Of a stretch of 26,925 nucleotides of DNA, positions 1 through 8,210 are shown piece after piece. The notes below the pieces were generated by a model. That model did no database searches. It saw only the letters and a program-made list of their open reading frames with translations, and had not been told where the DNA came from. The DNA is from an uncultured Gemmatimonadota bacterium. GTDB lineage: Bacteria > SM23-81. Made by a program: the position numbers and the translations under genes. The DNA is taken from the NCBI GenBank assembly GCA_964584035.1, contig CAZOYL010000002.1, forward strand, positions 31,035-57,959, written 5' to 3'. The stretch's first letter is position 1; every line of letters begins with the position of its first letter.

Positions 1-138
1 AGCGGCCGTCAGGCCGGCTGGTCCGGCACCGCCCACGGCCACATCGACCTCGGTATGGTCGAGCAGTTTCTGAAAATACCGATTCACGATGGCTCGGGTG
101 ATGATCACATCATCCAGCGTCCGGTTCTGCTTCGGCAT
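1..138 (-). CDS. thi4: Thiazole biosynthesis enzyme Thi4 family (adenosine diphosphate thiazole synthase), N-terminal fragment running off the window edge
   Basis: Not in the ORF track. Manual translation gives (MNT)MPKQNRTLDDVIITRAIVNRYFQKLLDHTEVDVAVGGAGPAGLTAA. The 'LDDVIITRAIVxRYFxKL..DVAVxGAGPAGL' pattern is the typical prokaryotic Thi4 N-terminus with a dinucleotide-binding GxGxxG. GAGG lies 9 nt before the ATG at 138; alternative ATG at 147. Confidence 0.8.
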   Translation of the reverse strand, partial: MPKQNRTLDDVIITRAIVNRYFQKLLDHTEVDVAVGGAGPAGLTAA

Positions 139-188
139 TGTGTTCATCCTCGGTGTGGCGACGACCCCCTGCCGGCTGATCGTCTCGA

Positions 189-1295
189 TTATCGGTGCGT
201 GCCCCGGGTGTAAAAGGGCGTCTTGACCACCTGGGCCGACACGGCCCGCTCTCTGATGACGACCTCGATCGGCGTGCCGGCGGGAGCATGCTCGACGGGC
301 AGGTAGCCGGTGCCGATGCCCCTGTTCAGGGACGGAGAGAAGATCCCGCTGGTCACCTGACCCGCCGGCCGGCCATTCACCCGCAGTTGATAGCCTGTCC
401 GGGGAACAGCCCTGTGCAGCATCTCGAACCCCACCAGCCGGCGGGAGAGGCCCTTCTCTTTCTGAGCCGCCAGGGCCTCCCGGCCGATGAAGTCTCCCTT
501 GTCCAGTCTGGTGATCCAGCTCAGCCCGGCCTCCAGAGGGGTGGTCGTGCGGTCGATATCCTGGCCGTAGAGGGCGTATTTCATCTCCAGCCGAAGGGAG
601 TCCCGGGCTCCCAGGCCGACCGGCTGGAGATCATCGTCCCGGCCGGCCGAGAGCACCGCGTCCCAGACCCGGGGCGCTTCCTGCGGCTGCAGATAGAGCT
701 CGAAGCCATCTTCACCGGTGTACCCGGTGCGGGACAGGATCATCGGTGCATCGGCCACCTGTCCTTCGGCGAAGTGATAGAAATTGAGCGCCTCCAGATC
801 GATTTCGGTCAGGCGGGACATCACCGGCTGAGCCCTGGGGCCCTGTATGGCCAGCAGGGCATAGCGATGGCTGAGGTTCTCCAGTTCCACCCCGTCCCCG
901 AGGTGTTCCTGAAGCCAGGCGAAGTCCTTGTCGATGTTGGCGGCATTGACCACCAGAAGGAAACGGTCCTCCTGGCGGTAAACCAGCAGATCGTCGACGA
1001 TCCCTCCATCGGGATAGCACATGGCCGTATACTGCACCCCTCCGAGCTCCAGACGGGCGACATCGTTGATCGTCATCCTCTGGAGAAAGGGCAAAGCGTC
1101 CCGGCCGCGAACGATGAACTCGCCCATGTGGGACAGATCGAACATCCCCACGGCCTGGCGCACATGCCGGTGTTCGGCCACAATGCCCTTGTATTGCAAC
1201 GGCATGGCGAAACCAAAGAAGTTCACCATGCGGGCTCCGTGGGCCAGGTGCCGATCGTAAAAGGGCGTCGGGTTGCCGACATCTGAATCGGTCAT
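189..1295 (-). CDS. gcvT: Glycine cleavage system aminomethyltransferase T
   Basis: Motifs TPFYDRH, MPLQYKG..EH..VR..VGMFDLSHMGE, GIVDDLLVY, SRTGYTGEDGFE, GLGARDSLRLE and G.VTSG.FSPSL. GGAGA RBS upstream. Confidence 0.97.
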   Translation of the reverse strand: MTDSDVGNPTPFYDRHLAHGARMVNFFGFAMPLQYKGIVAEHRHVRQAVGMFDLSHMGEFIVRGRDALPFLQRMTINDVARLELGGVQYTAMCYPDGGIVDDLLVYRQEDRFLLVVNAANIDKDFAWLQEHLGDGVELENLSHRYALLAIQGPRAQPVMSRLTEIDLEALNFYHFAEGQVADAPMILSRTGYTGEDGFELYLQPQEAPRVWDAVLSAGRDDDLQPVGLGARDSLRLEMKYALYGQDIDRTTTPLEAGLSWITRLDKGDFIGREALAAQKEKGLSRRLVGFEMLHRAVPRTGYQLRVNGRPAGQVTSGIFSPSLNRGIGTGYLPVEHAPAGTPIEVVIRERAVSAQVVKTPFYTRGTHR

Positions 1296-1342
1296 ATTGG
1301 TTTTCTCCTGCCCGAGGCTGGTGGTTGTGCCCGGCAGAAGTA

Positions 1343-1371
1343 AATATATTGAAGCCGGCCGTCATTGGCAA
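1343..1371 (-). promoter_or_regulatory. Sigma70-type promoter for gcvT-thi4
   Basis: Minus strand TTGCCA-N17-TATATT, about 47 nt upstream of the gcvT start. Confidence 0.65.
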
Positions 1372-1431
1372 GCGAAAAGCAACCGGCGCTTTCACTCCGG
1401 AGCGGCGCGGAAGATTCACGGAGGGCCGGAT

Positions 1432-4251
1432 TCAACTCAATTCCGGCTGAAGAAACCGGCCGGTATAGGACGCCGGCACGCCGGCCACCGCCTCGGGCGT
1501 CCCTGCGGCCACCGCCCGGCCGCCCTGATCTCCTCCCTCGGGGCCTAAATCGATGATGTGATCGGCCGTCTTGATGACATCCAGGTTGTGCTCGATGACC
1601 AAAACGGTGTTGCCCAGATCCACCAGGCGGTTCAACACCTTCAGAAGCATATTGATATCCTCGAAGTGCAATCCCGTGGTGGGCTCGTCGAGGATGTAAA
1701 AGGTCCGCCCGGTGCTTCTTTTGGAGAGCTCCGTGGCCAGTTTGACCCGCTGGGCCTCGCCGCCTGACAGGGTGGTGGCCTGTTGCCCCAGATGGACATA
1801 TCCCAGGCCCACCTGAGCCAGTGTGCTCAGTTTCCGGCGGATGGAGGGAATGTTCTCGAAGAAGTCCAGGGCGGTGTCGACGGTCATATCCAGAACATCG
1901 GCGATGTGACGGCCCTTATACTTGACTTCCAGGGTTTCCCGGTTGAACCGCTTGCCCTTACAGACCTCGCATTTGACATAGACATCCGGCAGAAAGTGCA
2001 TCTCGATCTTGATGATGCCGTCCCCCTGACAGGCCTCGCAGCGCCCCCCTTTGACATTGAAGCTGAAGCGTCCGGGACGGTACCCGCGGACCCGGGATTC
2101 GGGCAGCTGGGCGTAAAGCTGGCGGATATGGGTGAACACGCCGGTATAGGTGGCCGGATTGGAACGGGGCGTGCGGCCGATGGGCGACTGGTCGATGTTG
2201 ACCACCTTGTCGATCAGGTCCAAACCCTCGATGCGGTCATATTCCAGGGGGGTCTCCTTGGAGCGGTAGAAACGCTGCGCCAGGATGGGGTAGAGCGTCT
2301 CCCCCACCAGGGTGCTCTTGCCCGACCCTGATACCCCCGTCACGCAGGTAAACAGGCCCAGCGGGATTTCCACCGTCAGATCCTTGAGATTATTGCCCCG
2401 GGCGCCGCGCAGGATCAGAGCGGCCCCCCGGTGAGGACGGCGCCGGGCGGGAACGGGAATGGACTTCTTTCCCCTGAGGTACTGTCCGGTCAGCGAATGG
2501 GCGGCCCTCTTGATCTGTCCCGGAGTCCCCTGGGCCACCACCTCTCCACCCTTCCGGCCGGCGCCCGGCCCCAGCTCGATGACATGATCGGCCGCCAGGA
2601 TGGTAGCCCGGTCGTGTTCCACCACCAGCACGGTGTTGCCCAGATCCCTGAGGCGCCGCAGGGTGTCCAGCAGCCGGCGGTGATCGCGCTGATGCAGCCC
2701 GATGCTGGGTTCATCCAGGATATAAAGGACGCCCACTAACTGCGAGCCGATCTGAGTGGCCAGACGGATCCGCTGCGCCTCGCCTCCGGCCAGCGTGCTG
2801 GCGGAGCGATCCAGAGTGAGATAATCCAACCCCACGTTGATCAGAAATCCGAGCCGTTCCCGAATCTCCTTGAGAACCTGATCGGCCACCTGAAGATCCC
2901 TGGGCCGCAGCTTCAGATCCTCGAAAAAGTGCAACGCCTCCCGGATCGATTTCTGCGTCAGCCCGGCGATGTTATCATCGCCCACCTTGACCGAAAGGCT
3001 TTCCGGACGCAGGCGCGCGCCATGGCACTCGCGGCAGGGCCGAATGCTCATGAACCTCTCGATCCAGGAGCGCACCCCGGCCGATTTGGTCTGCCGGTAT
3101 CTTCTGGTCAGGTTGGGAATGACGCCCTCGAACCCGCCGTAGTGCTCCCACAGCCCCCGGTGGTCCGGCCGCTGATAGCGGAAGCGAAACTCCTCCTCGC
3201 CGGATCCGTGCAGGATGACCTGGCGCGCCCGGGCGGACAACTTTCTCACGGGAGTGTCGAGGTCAAAGCCGTATTTCCCGGCCACCGCCCGGATCTGGTG
3301 GTCGTACCAGCGGCCCATGGGCTTGCCCCACGGCGCCACCGCCCCCTCGTTGAGGGACAGACCGTCATCCGGGACCACCAGCCGGGGGTCGATCTCCATT
3401 CTGCTGCCCAGCCCGCCGCAGGCCGAACAGGCGCCGTAGGGACTATTAAACGAGAACATCCGGGGCGTCAATTCCTCATAGCTGATCCCGCAATGGACGC
3501 AGGCATACTTTTCGCTGAAGAGATGCTCCTCCCCCCCGGCGGCCTGCACCAGAACCACCCCGGATCCCAATCCCAGGGCCGTCTCCACCGAGTCGGCCAG
3601 CCGGGCCCGGGCCGATTCATCGACCCCGAGCCGGTCCACGACCACCTCGATGTGATGCTTTTTATTCTTGTTCAGCCGGATCCTGGTCTCCACGTCCCGG
3701 ACGCGGCCGTCCACCCGCACCCGCACGTATCCCTCGCGGCGCACCTCTTCGAACAGCTCGCGGTATTCTCCCTTTCGCCCCCGGACCAGCGGCGCCAGGA
3801 TCATCACCTTGCTGCCGGACGGCAGGGAGAGAATGGCATCGACCATCTGCTGGGGCGTCTGCTGGGAGATCTTACGACCGCAGGCGGGACAATACGGCAC
3901 GCCGATACGGGCGAACAGCAGTCGGAGATAATCATAGATCTCGGTGACGGTGCCCACCGTGGAACGCGGATTTTTCGAGGCGGTTCGCTGTTCGATGGAT
4001 ATCGCGGGCGACAGGCCTTCGATATAATCTACCTCCGGCTTTTCCATAACACCAAGAAATTGTCTGGCATAAGCTGAAAGAGATTCCACGTACCGGCGCT
4101 GTCCTTCGGCGTAGATGGTATCGAAGGCCAGTGAAGACTTCCCCGAGCCGGACAAGCCGGTGATGACCACCAAGGCATTGCGGGGGATCTCCAGATCGAT
4201 GTTTTTGAGGTTGTGTTCCCGGGCGCCTTTGATGATGATGGAGGAGGGCAT
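1432..4251 (-). CDS. uvrA: Excinuclease ABC subunit A
   Basis: [14 protein letters not shown] start, two Walker A motifs ([18 protein letters not shown]), LAGGEAQR and LSGGEAQR signatures, CxxC zinc modules. Start reassigned to the ATG at 4251 (MPSSIIIKG; alternative 4272) because the track's upstream extension has no UvrA character. Confidence 0.97.
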   Translation of the reverse strand: MPSSIIIKGAREHNLKNIDLEIPRNALVVITGLSGSGKSSLAFDTIYAEGQRRYVESLSAYARQFLGVMEKPEVDYIEGLSPAISIEQRTASKNPRSTVGTVTEIYDYLRLLFARIGVPYCPACGRKISQQTPQQMVDAILSLPSGSKVMILAPLVRGRKGEYRELFEEVRREGYVRVRVDGRVRDVETRIRLNKNKKHHIEVVVDRLGVDESARARLADSVETALGLGSGVVLVQAAGGEEHLFSEKYACVHCGISYEELTPRMFSFNSPYGACSACGGLGSRMEIDPRLVVPDDGLSLNEGAVAPWGKPMGRWYDHQIRAVAGKYGFDLDTPVRKLSARARQVILHGSGEEEFRFRYQRPDHRGLWEHYGGFEGVIPNLTRRYRQTKSAGVRSWIERFMSIRPCRECHGARLRPESLSVKVGDDNIAGLTQKSIREALHFFEDLKLRPRDLQVADQVLKEIRERLGFLINVGLDYLTLDRSASTLAGGEAQRIRLATQIGSQLVGVLYILDEPSIGLHQRDHRRLLDTLRRLRDLGNTVLVVEHDRATILAADHVIELGPGAGRKGGEVVAQGTPGQIKRAAHSLTGQYLRGKKSIPVPARRRPHRGAALILRGARGNNLKDLTVEIPLGLFTCVTGVSGSGKSTLVGETLYPILAQRFYRSKETPLEYDRIEGLDLIDKVVNIDQSPIGRTPRSNPATYTGVFTHIRQLYAQLPESRVRGYRPGRFSFNVKGGRCEACQGDGIIKIEMHFLPDVYVKCEVCKGKRFNRETLEVKYKGRHIADVLDMTVDTALDFFENIPSIRRKLSTLAQVGLGYVHLGQQATTLSGGEAQRVKLATELSKRSTGRTFYILDEPTTGLHFEDINMLLKVLNRLVDLGNTVLVIEHNLDVIKTADHIIDLGPEGGDQGGRAVAAGTPEAVAGVPASYTGRFLQPELS

Positions 4252-4390
4252 GACAGCGGCGATCCTCTTCATTTCAGGAGAACAGAAGAAACGAGAGCGG
4301 ATAAACCTGTCAGGATGGAAGGATGGGGAATCCCGGCATCCTATCTTATTCATACCGCACGAAGTGCCAAGAACATCTTTTGTCTTAGTT

Positions 4391-4420
4391 AATATATACA
4401 GCAAGGCTATGAGCGGTCAA
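4391..4420 (-). promoter_or_regulatory. Sigma70-type promoter for uvrA
   Basis: Minus strand TTGACC-N18-TATATT (or N16-TATATA), directly downstream of two terminators. Confidence 0.55.
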
Positions 4421-4421
4421 T

Positions 4422-4451
4422 AAAAAACCGCCGGCCCGGAGAGCTCGGCGG
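4422..4451 (-). terminator. Intrinsic terminator (second of a tandem pair)
   Basis: Minus strand CCGCCG...CGGCGG stem followed by TTTTTT. Confidence 0.6.
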
Positions 4452-4453
4452 AT

Positions 4454-4487
4454 AAAAATCGGGCCGGTTCTCATGAACCGGCCCGAT
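4454..4487 (-). terminator. Intrinsic terminator (first of a tandem pair) downstream of the UVR mini-gene
   Basis: Perfect 13-bp stem ATCGGGCCGGTTC / GAACCGGCCCGAT with a 4-nt loop and a T-run on the minus strand. Confidence 0.8.
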
Positions 4488-4492
4488 ATGCA

Positions 4493-4567
4493 ATGGGGCT
4501 GACAAAATGGTCATAATCAGCCTGTTCCGTTTTTTTTGGTCTGCTGATGCCAATTTGTCAGCCCCAT
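4493..4567. repeat. Long imperfect inverted repeat
   Basis: Perfect 14-bp arms ATGGGGCTGACAAA / TTTGTCAGCCCCAT, inner pairing ATCAGC/GCTGAT, and a T8 tract in the loop. Confidence 0.85.
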
Positions 4568-4577
4568 GACAGGGCGA

Positions 4578-4781
4578 TTAGAATTTCTCGTTGAGAAGCA
4601 TCAGGTATTCCAGGAGCTTCTCCTGCTCCTCGGCCAGCTTCCGGGCCGCGTCGAACTCGCCCTTCTCGATGGCCTTCTGCATCTCCTGATCCAGCGTCTC
4701 GATCCTGGTTTCCAGACTTTTCCTGTCAACCCTTCGAAACGCTCTGCTCTTAACGATTTTTTTTCCTTTTGGTGCTGCCAT
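4578..4781 (-). CDS. Small stand-alone UVR (UvrB/UvrC motif) coiled-coil protein with a basic N-terminus
   Basis: LETRIETLDQEMQKAIEKGEFDAARKLAEEQEKL fits the UVR pattern L..L...M..A....(E/D)F(E/D).A..L. AGGA RBS upstream; followed by terminators. Confidence 0.7.
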   Translation of the reverse strand: MAAPKGKKIVKSRAFRRVDRKSLETRIETLDQEMQKAIEKGEFDAARKLAEEQEKLLEYLMLLNEKF

Positions 4782-5037
4782 TGGGATATCCTATTCCAAC
4801 GTCATCGATCGACAGGGCCTAACATAGCGAGAGAGTTCTTCGCCAAAGGGATCTTTATCGGTCATCGATCTGTATGTAAAGCAAAAGATGTACCAATTAT
4901 TACCAAAATCACCTCCAAGATCCAAGAAAAGGCGGATTTCATCGGCCGGCTTCGCCCCCGCCCTGCTCCCGGCGGCGGATCCGTTTATTGTCTACTAAAT
5001 TTCTCGTTTAATTGCGGAATAACCGAGTCTGAAAATG

Positions 5038-5066
5038 AAAAAGCCCCCGGGAGAATCCTGGGGGCT
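5038..5066 (-). terminator. Intrinsic terminator after the C1A protease gene
   Basis: Minus strand AGCCCCCAGGA-TTC-TCCCGGGGGCT-TTTT. Confidence 0.75.
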
Positions 5067-5098
5067 GGTGAGATTCTTTCGGACCGCAGGCAGTGCCG

Positions 5099-7936
5099 TC
5101 AGCGAAGCAACACCATGCGCCTGGTTTGCACCTGGCGGCCGGAACGAAACCGATAGAAATAAATCCCCGATGCCACCGGGAAACCCCCATCATTCTTCCC
5201 ATCCCAAACCACCTGATAGGTTCCTGCCGGACGAATATCATCGACCAGAGTGTTGACCTTCTGTCCCAGGATGTTGAAGATCTGCAGCCAGATACGGCCC
5301 TGCTCGGCTGACGCAAAATCGATTCGCGTCTGGGCATTAAACGGATTCGGGTAATTCTGCGACAGCGAAAACCTGCCCGGAAGGCCGGCTTCCGCGGCCG
5401 CGACCGCCGCCCCGGTGGCGGGATTGTCGCCGTAATAGCCGGTGCGGCGGCGATTGCCCCGGTACATGGTCCAGGGTCCCGGGGCTCCGGCGGTGGCCTT
5501 GAAATCCCAGACAGAGAGGCCGGAGGGCGTTCCCAGAAGGACCTCGAGATCATCATCCCCATCGAGATGTCCAACGCACGGCGAGGAATAGATGGCCCCG
5601 GTCTCAGGGGTGGGATAGTCCTCCAGCAGGGTCCCATCGCCGGAAACCATGAGCAGCCGCTCGTCGGCTGTCCCAAAGATCACCTCGGGAAGCCCGTCTC
5701 CGTTCATGTCGATGATGGCCGGGGAGGATTCCACGAAACCCCCGGCCTGATAGGGCCAGCCGGAAAGGATCTGACCGCTGCGGTCCACGGCGAAAACCTG
5801 GCCGGATTTGGAGGCGAAGACGATATCGACATGACCGTCCAGGTCGACATCTCCGATGGCCGGAGAGGTGCGGATCATCTGCCCGCTGTCCACGGTGAAC
5901 TGTACTTCCCCGAGGTGATCCAGGACATAGAGCCGGCCATCGTCACAGCCGAAGATGAGCTCCTCATGACCGTCCTCATCGACATCGGCCACCGACGGGG
6001 CCGAGACCACCATGCCGGCCGCGCCGAACGGAAACCCGGGAAGCGATTCTCCCGTGGAACTCGATATGGCATATATGTTTCGATCGGTGCTTCCCCAGAT
6101 AATATCCCTGACGTCATCGCCATCCAGGTCGGCCACGGCCGGCCCCGCGAAGATGGGTCCGCCACCGGCCGGGGGAAAGCGGTCCACATCGCTGCCGTCG
6201 GGGGCCAGGATCGACAGGGAACCGTTCATGGCTCCCACCACCGTCTCCAGCTGCCCGTCGCCATCCAGGTCGGCCAGAGCCGGCGTCGACAGGACCGGGC
6301 TTCCCAGATCGCGGGCATATTGCCGCTGACCCCCGCTGGAGAAGGCATAGACCGTATCGTTCTTGCTGCCGAAGACGATGTCCGTCTGGCCATCGCCCTG
6401 CAGATCGCCCACCGCCGCAGAGCCCCACACCTCGCCCGGAACGGAGACCGGAAAACCGGCTCGATACTGTCCCTGCCGGTCCCAGACATGCAGCCGGCCG
6501 ACATTGTCGACCACGATCACCTCCGGCGCGCCATCCTCGTCCAGATCGTCGAGCAGGGGAGAGCATCGAACCGAGGCGGCCAGATTCACGGGCCATCCGA
6601 ACTGATCATAGGTCACTGAAAGCTCGAAGCTTTCCGTGGTCTGGTAGACGGGCAAAACCCCCTTGCCGGCGGCGATCTCCACGGTCAGGGGAATCTCACA
6701 TACGCCGGCAGATCCGCTCACCGTCAGGGAAAATTCATCTTCGCCGGCCCAGACCGTATCTCCGGAAGGGATATCCTGGCCATAGGTGCTTAACAGATCA
6801 TGGATCTCGATCCGGCCGTCGCCCGAGGACAGGACAGCCGAAACGCCGCTGGCGGCGGCCCAGGTCTGCTGGTTCTGAAGCCCCAGCTTGATCCGGGCCG
6901 TCTCTCCGGGATTGAGCACACCGTCGCCGTCTCCCAGGCTGTCCACCACCTGGTAGGAGGCAAACCGGAGGCTGGGATACTCGGCCGGCGCGGGAATGAG
7001 CCAGGCGATGGAGGCCTCGATGTCGGCCTCGTTGGTGCCCTTGCGAATGCGAAAATACCCGCCTTCGCCCCAGTCGCCCCAGCTGTTTTTACAGATCCAG
7101 CAGTTTTCATCGTCGTCCCAGCCGACCATGCAGACGATGTGCCCGCCCTCCACGTGGTCGCTGGTCCGCACGTATATACCGGACGAATAGGCGAAGAAAT
7201 CGCTGTATACGGTGATGTAAACCGGCAGGGGTCCGTTCATCAGAGCGTTCTTGATCTCCGCCTCGTTGAAGCTGGGCACCCATCCCCACTGAGAGATCTT
7301 GCGGGCCCGGATCTGCCAGTCCTGGCAGGTTTCATCGCAGGGAGCGCCCCAGTTGGGAGGCTGATCATCCATAGCCCGGTAGGGATAGCAGAGCTCGTCG
7401 GGCGCGCCCATTTCGCGGATATAATTCAGGCAGGAGGGCACGTTCCAGCCGTATTCGCAGCTTCCGCCGCCGCAGGAGAAGACGTGCTGTTCGGAGAGAT
7501 CATAGGCCGGTTCGGGCGCATCGAAGGTGATGCTCATGCCGGCCTCGAAGGCGGCCATGCAGCCGAAGCACACGCAGCTGCCGCAACCGGCCTGATCCCG
7601 CACGCCGGTAAGCCAGGTATGCCCCTCATGATCCCGCCAATCCCACTGCGTCAGCGCGGCCGCCTCGGGGAAATAAAACGGGGGCGGCTCGATGTCGGAG
7701 GCCTCGGGGATGATCAACTGGGCACCCAGCAGGCGGCGGCGCTCCTCGGGAGGCAGTTTCCAGACCGAGGTCTCGCGGGCCTCCCAGGTAGCCCCCTGTT
7801 CCCGAATGGCTTCGCGGATCTGCTCCAGAGCGGCGTCAGTGGCGGCCGGGGACGCAACAGCGGAGAGAAACAATATCAACAGTCCGATCACGCTCGTACT
7901 GATCATGCCGGCAACCGTTCTCGCTGTCAACCTCAT
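5099..7936 (-). CDS. Secreted papain-family (C1A) cysteine protease with an Ig-like domain, FG-GAP repeats and a T9SS/FlgD-Ig C-terminal domain
   Basis: Signal peptide; propeptide with WxA; WDWR; Q-AGCGSC (oxyanion Gln, catalytic Cys); LSEQ; GGHIVCMVGW (His); KNSWG (Asn). Repeated xPAxxDLDGDGxxEIV FG-GAP units. C-terminal FSLSQNYPNPFN...WDG.N..G..VASGIYFYR...RMVLLR. Confidence 0.9.
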   Translation of the reverse strand: MRLTARTVAGMISTSVIGLLILFLSAVASPAATDAALEQIREAIREQGATWEARETSVWKLPPEERRRLLGAQLIIPEASDIEPPPFYFPEAAALTQWDWRDHEGHTWLTGVRDQAGCGSCVCFGCMAAFEAGMSITFDAPEPAYDLSEQHVFSCGGGSCEYGWNVPSCLNYIREMGAPDELCYPYRAMDDQPPNWGAPCDETCQDWQIRARKISQWGWVPSFNEAEIKNALMNGPLPVYITVYSDFFAYSSGIYVRTSDHVEGGHIVCMVGWDDDENCWICKNSWGDWGEGGYFRIRKGTNEADIEASIAWLIPAPAEYPSLRFASYQVVDSLGDGDGVLNPGETARIKLGLQNQQTWAAASGVSAVLSSGDGRIEIHDLLSTYGQDIPSGDTVWAGEDEFSLTVSGSAGVCEIPLTVEIAAGKGVLPVYQTTESFELSVTYDQFGWPVNLAASVRCSPLLDDLDEDGAPEVIVVDNVGRLHVWDRQGQYRAGFPVSVPGEVWGSAAVGDLQGDGQTDIVFGSKNDTVYAFSSGGQRQYARDLGSPVLSTPALADLDGDGQLETVVGAMNGSLSILAPDGSDVDRFPPAGGGPIFAGPAVADLDGDDVRDIIWGSTDRNIYAISSSTGESLPGFPFGAAGMVVSAPSVADVDEDGHEELIFGCDDGRLYVLDHLGEVQFTVDSGQMIRTSPAIGDVDLDGHVDIVFASKSGQVFAVDRSGQILSGWPYQAGGFVESSPAIIDMNGDGLPEVIFGTADERLLMVSGDGTLLEDYPTPETGAIYSSPCVGHLDGDDDLEVLLGTPSGLSVWDFKATAGAPGPWTMYRGNRRRTGYYGDNPATGAAVAAAEAGLPGRFSLSQNYPNPFNAQTRIDFASAEQGRIWLQIFNILGQKVNTLVDDIRPAGTYQVVWDGKNDGGFPVASGIYFYRFRSGRQVQTRRMVLLR

Positions 7937-8018
7937 CTCTTCTCCTTGGGAAACAGTGTTATCCCGTCGATAGGTCCATATTCCTGACAGGCACAGATCT
8001 GGAAGGCACAGGAAAGTG

Positions 8019-8052
8019 TTGCTCCGATATCAAAAAAATGGTACTTTTGATA
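8019..8052 (+). promoter_or_regulatory. Putative promoter for the LEA gene, overlapped by an inverted repeat
   Basis: TTGCTC-N17-TACTTT with a TGn extended -10. TATCAAAA-N9-TTTTGATA inverted repeat at 8028-8052. Confidence 0.4.
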
Positions 8053-8071
8053 AGTTCTCATCGCTCTGCGA

Positions 8072-8161
8072 AGCGACCGTCTGCAGAGCGACCGTCTGAA
8101 AATCAACTGTTTGAAAAACGGCTGTCTGCAGAGCGACCGTCCGGAAAACAGCCTGCTTGAT
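8072..8161. repeat. Degenerate 15-bp tandem repeat, about 6 units
   Basis: Units: AGCGACCGTCTGCAG, AGCGACCGTCTGAAA, ATCAACTGTTTGAAA, AACGGCTGTCTGCAG, AGCGACCGTCCGGAA, AACAGCCTGCTTGAT. Confidence 0.8.
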
Positions 8162-8210
8162 AACCCTCACGGTCCCGAACAGCGCCGATGTTTGAAAGGA
8201 GGCTGCGGCC

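Noticed and set aside
195..1286. Long + strand ORF opposite gcvT (likewise 2929-4077, 5567-6619, 6800-7987, 17308-18495, 20848-23037, 23967-24833, 25122-25955)
   Set aside because: Antisense shadows of well-supported genes in GC-rich DNA; no recognisable motifs or RBS.
1296..1431. Possible glycine riboswitch upstream of gcvT
   Set aside because: The promoter lies about 47 nt from the start codon, and no aptamer-sized conserved structure is visible.
4355..4372. Sigma54-like TTGGCAC element upstream of uvrA on the minus strand
   Set aside because: The GG-N10-GC spacing is not satisfied.
4252..4404. N-terminal extension of the 990-aa UvrA ORF
   Set aside because: It overlaps the predicted promoter and has no UvrA similarity; conserved sequence starts at IIIKGARE.
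4791..4793. Amber read-through (pyrrolysine) joining the upstream ORF to the UVR gene
   Set aside because: No pyl genes or other support in the window, and the UVR ATG has its own AGGA SD.
4566..5156. 196-aa + strand ORF
   Set aside because: It is antisense to the UVR gene, crosses a terminator and the protease 3' end, and shows no motifs.
8072..8161. Possible CRISPR array
   Set aside because: Units are contiguous 15-mers without unique spacers, and no cas genes are present.
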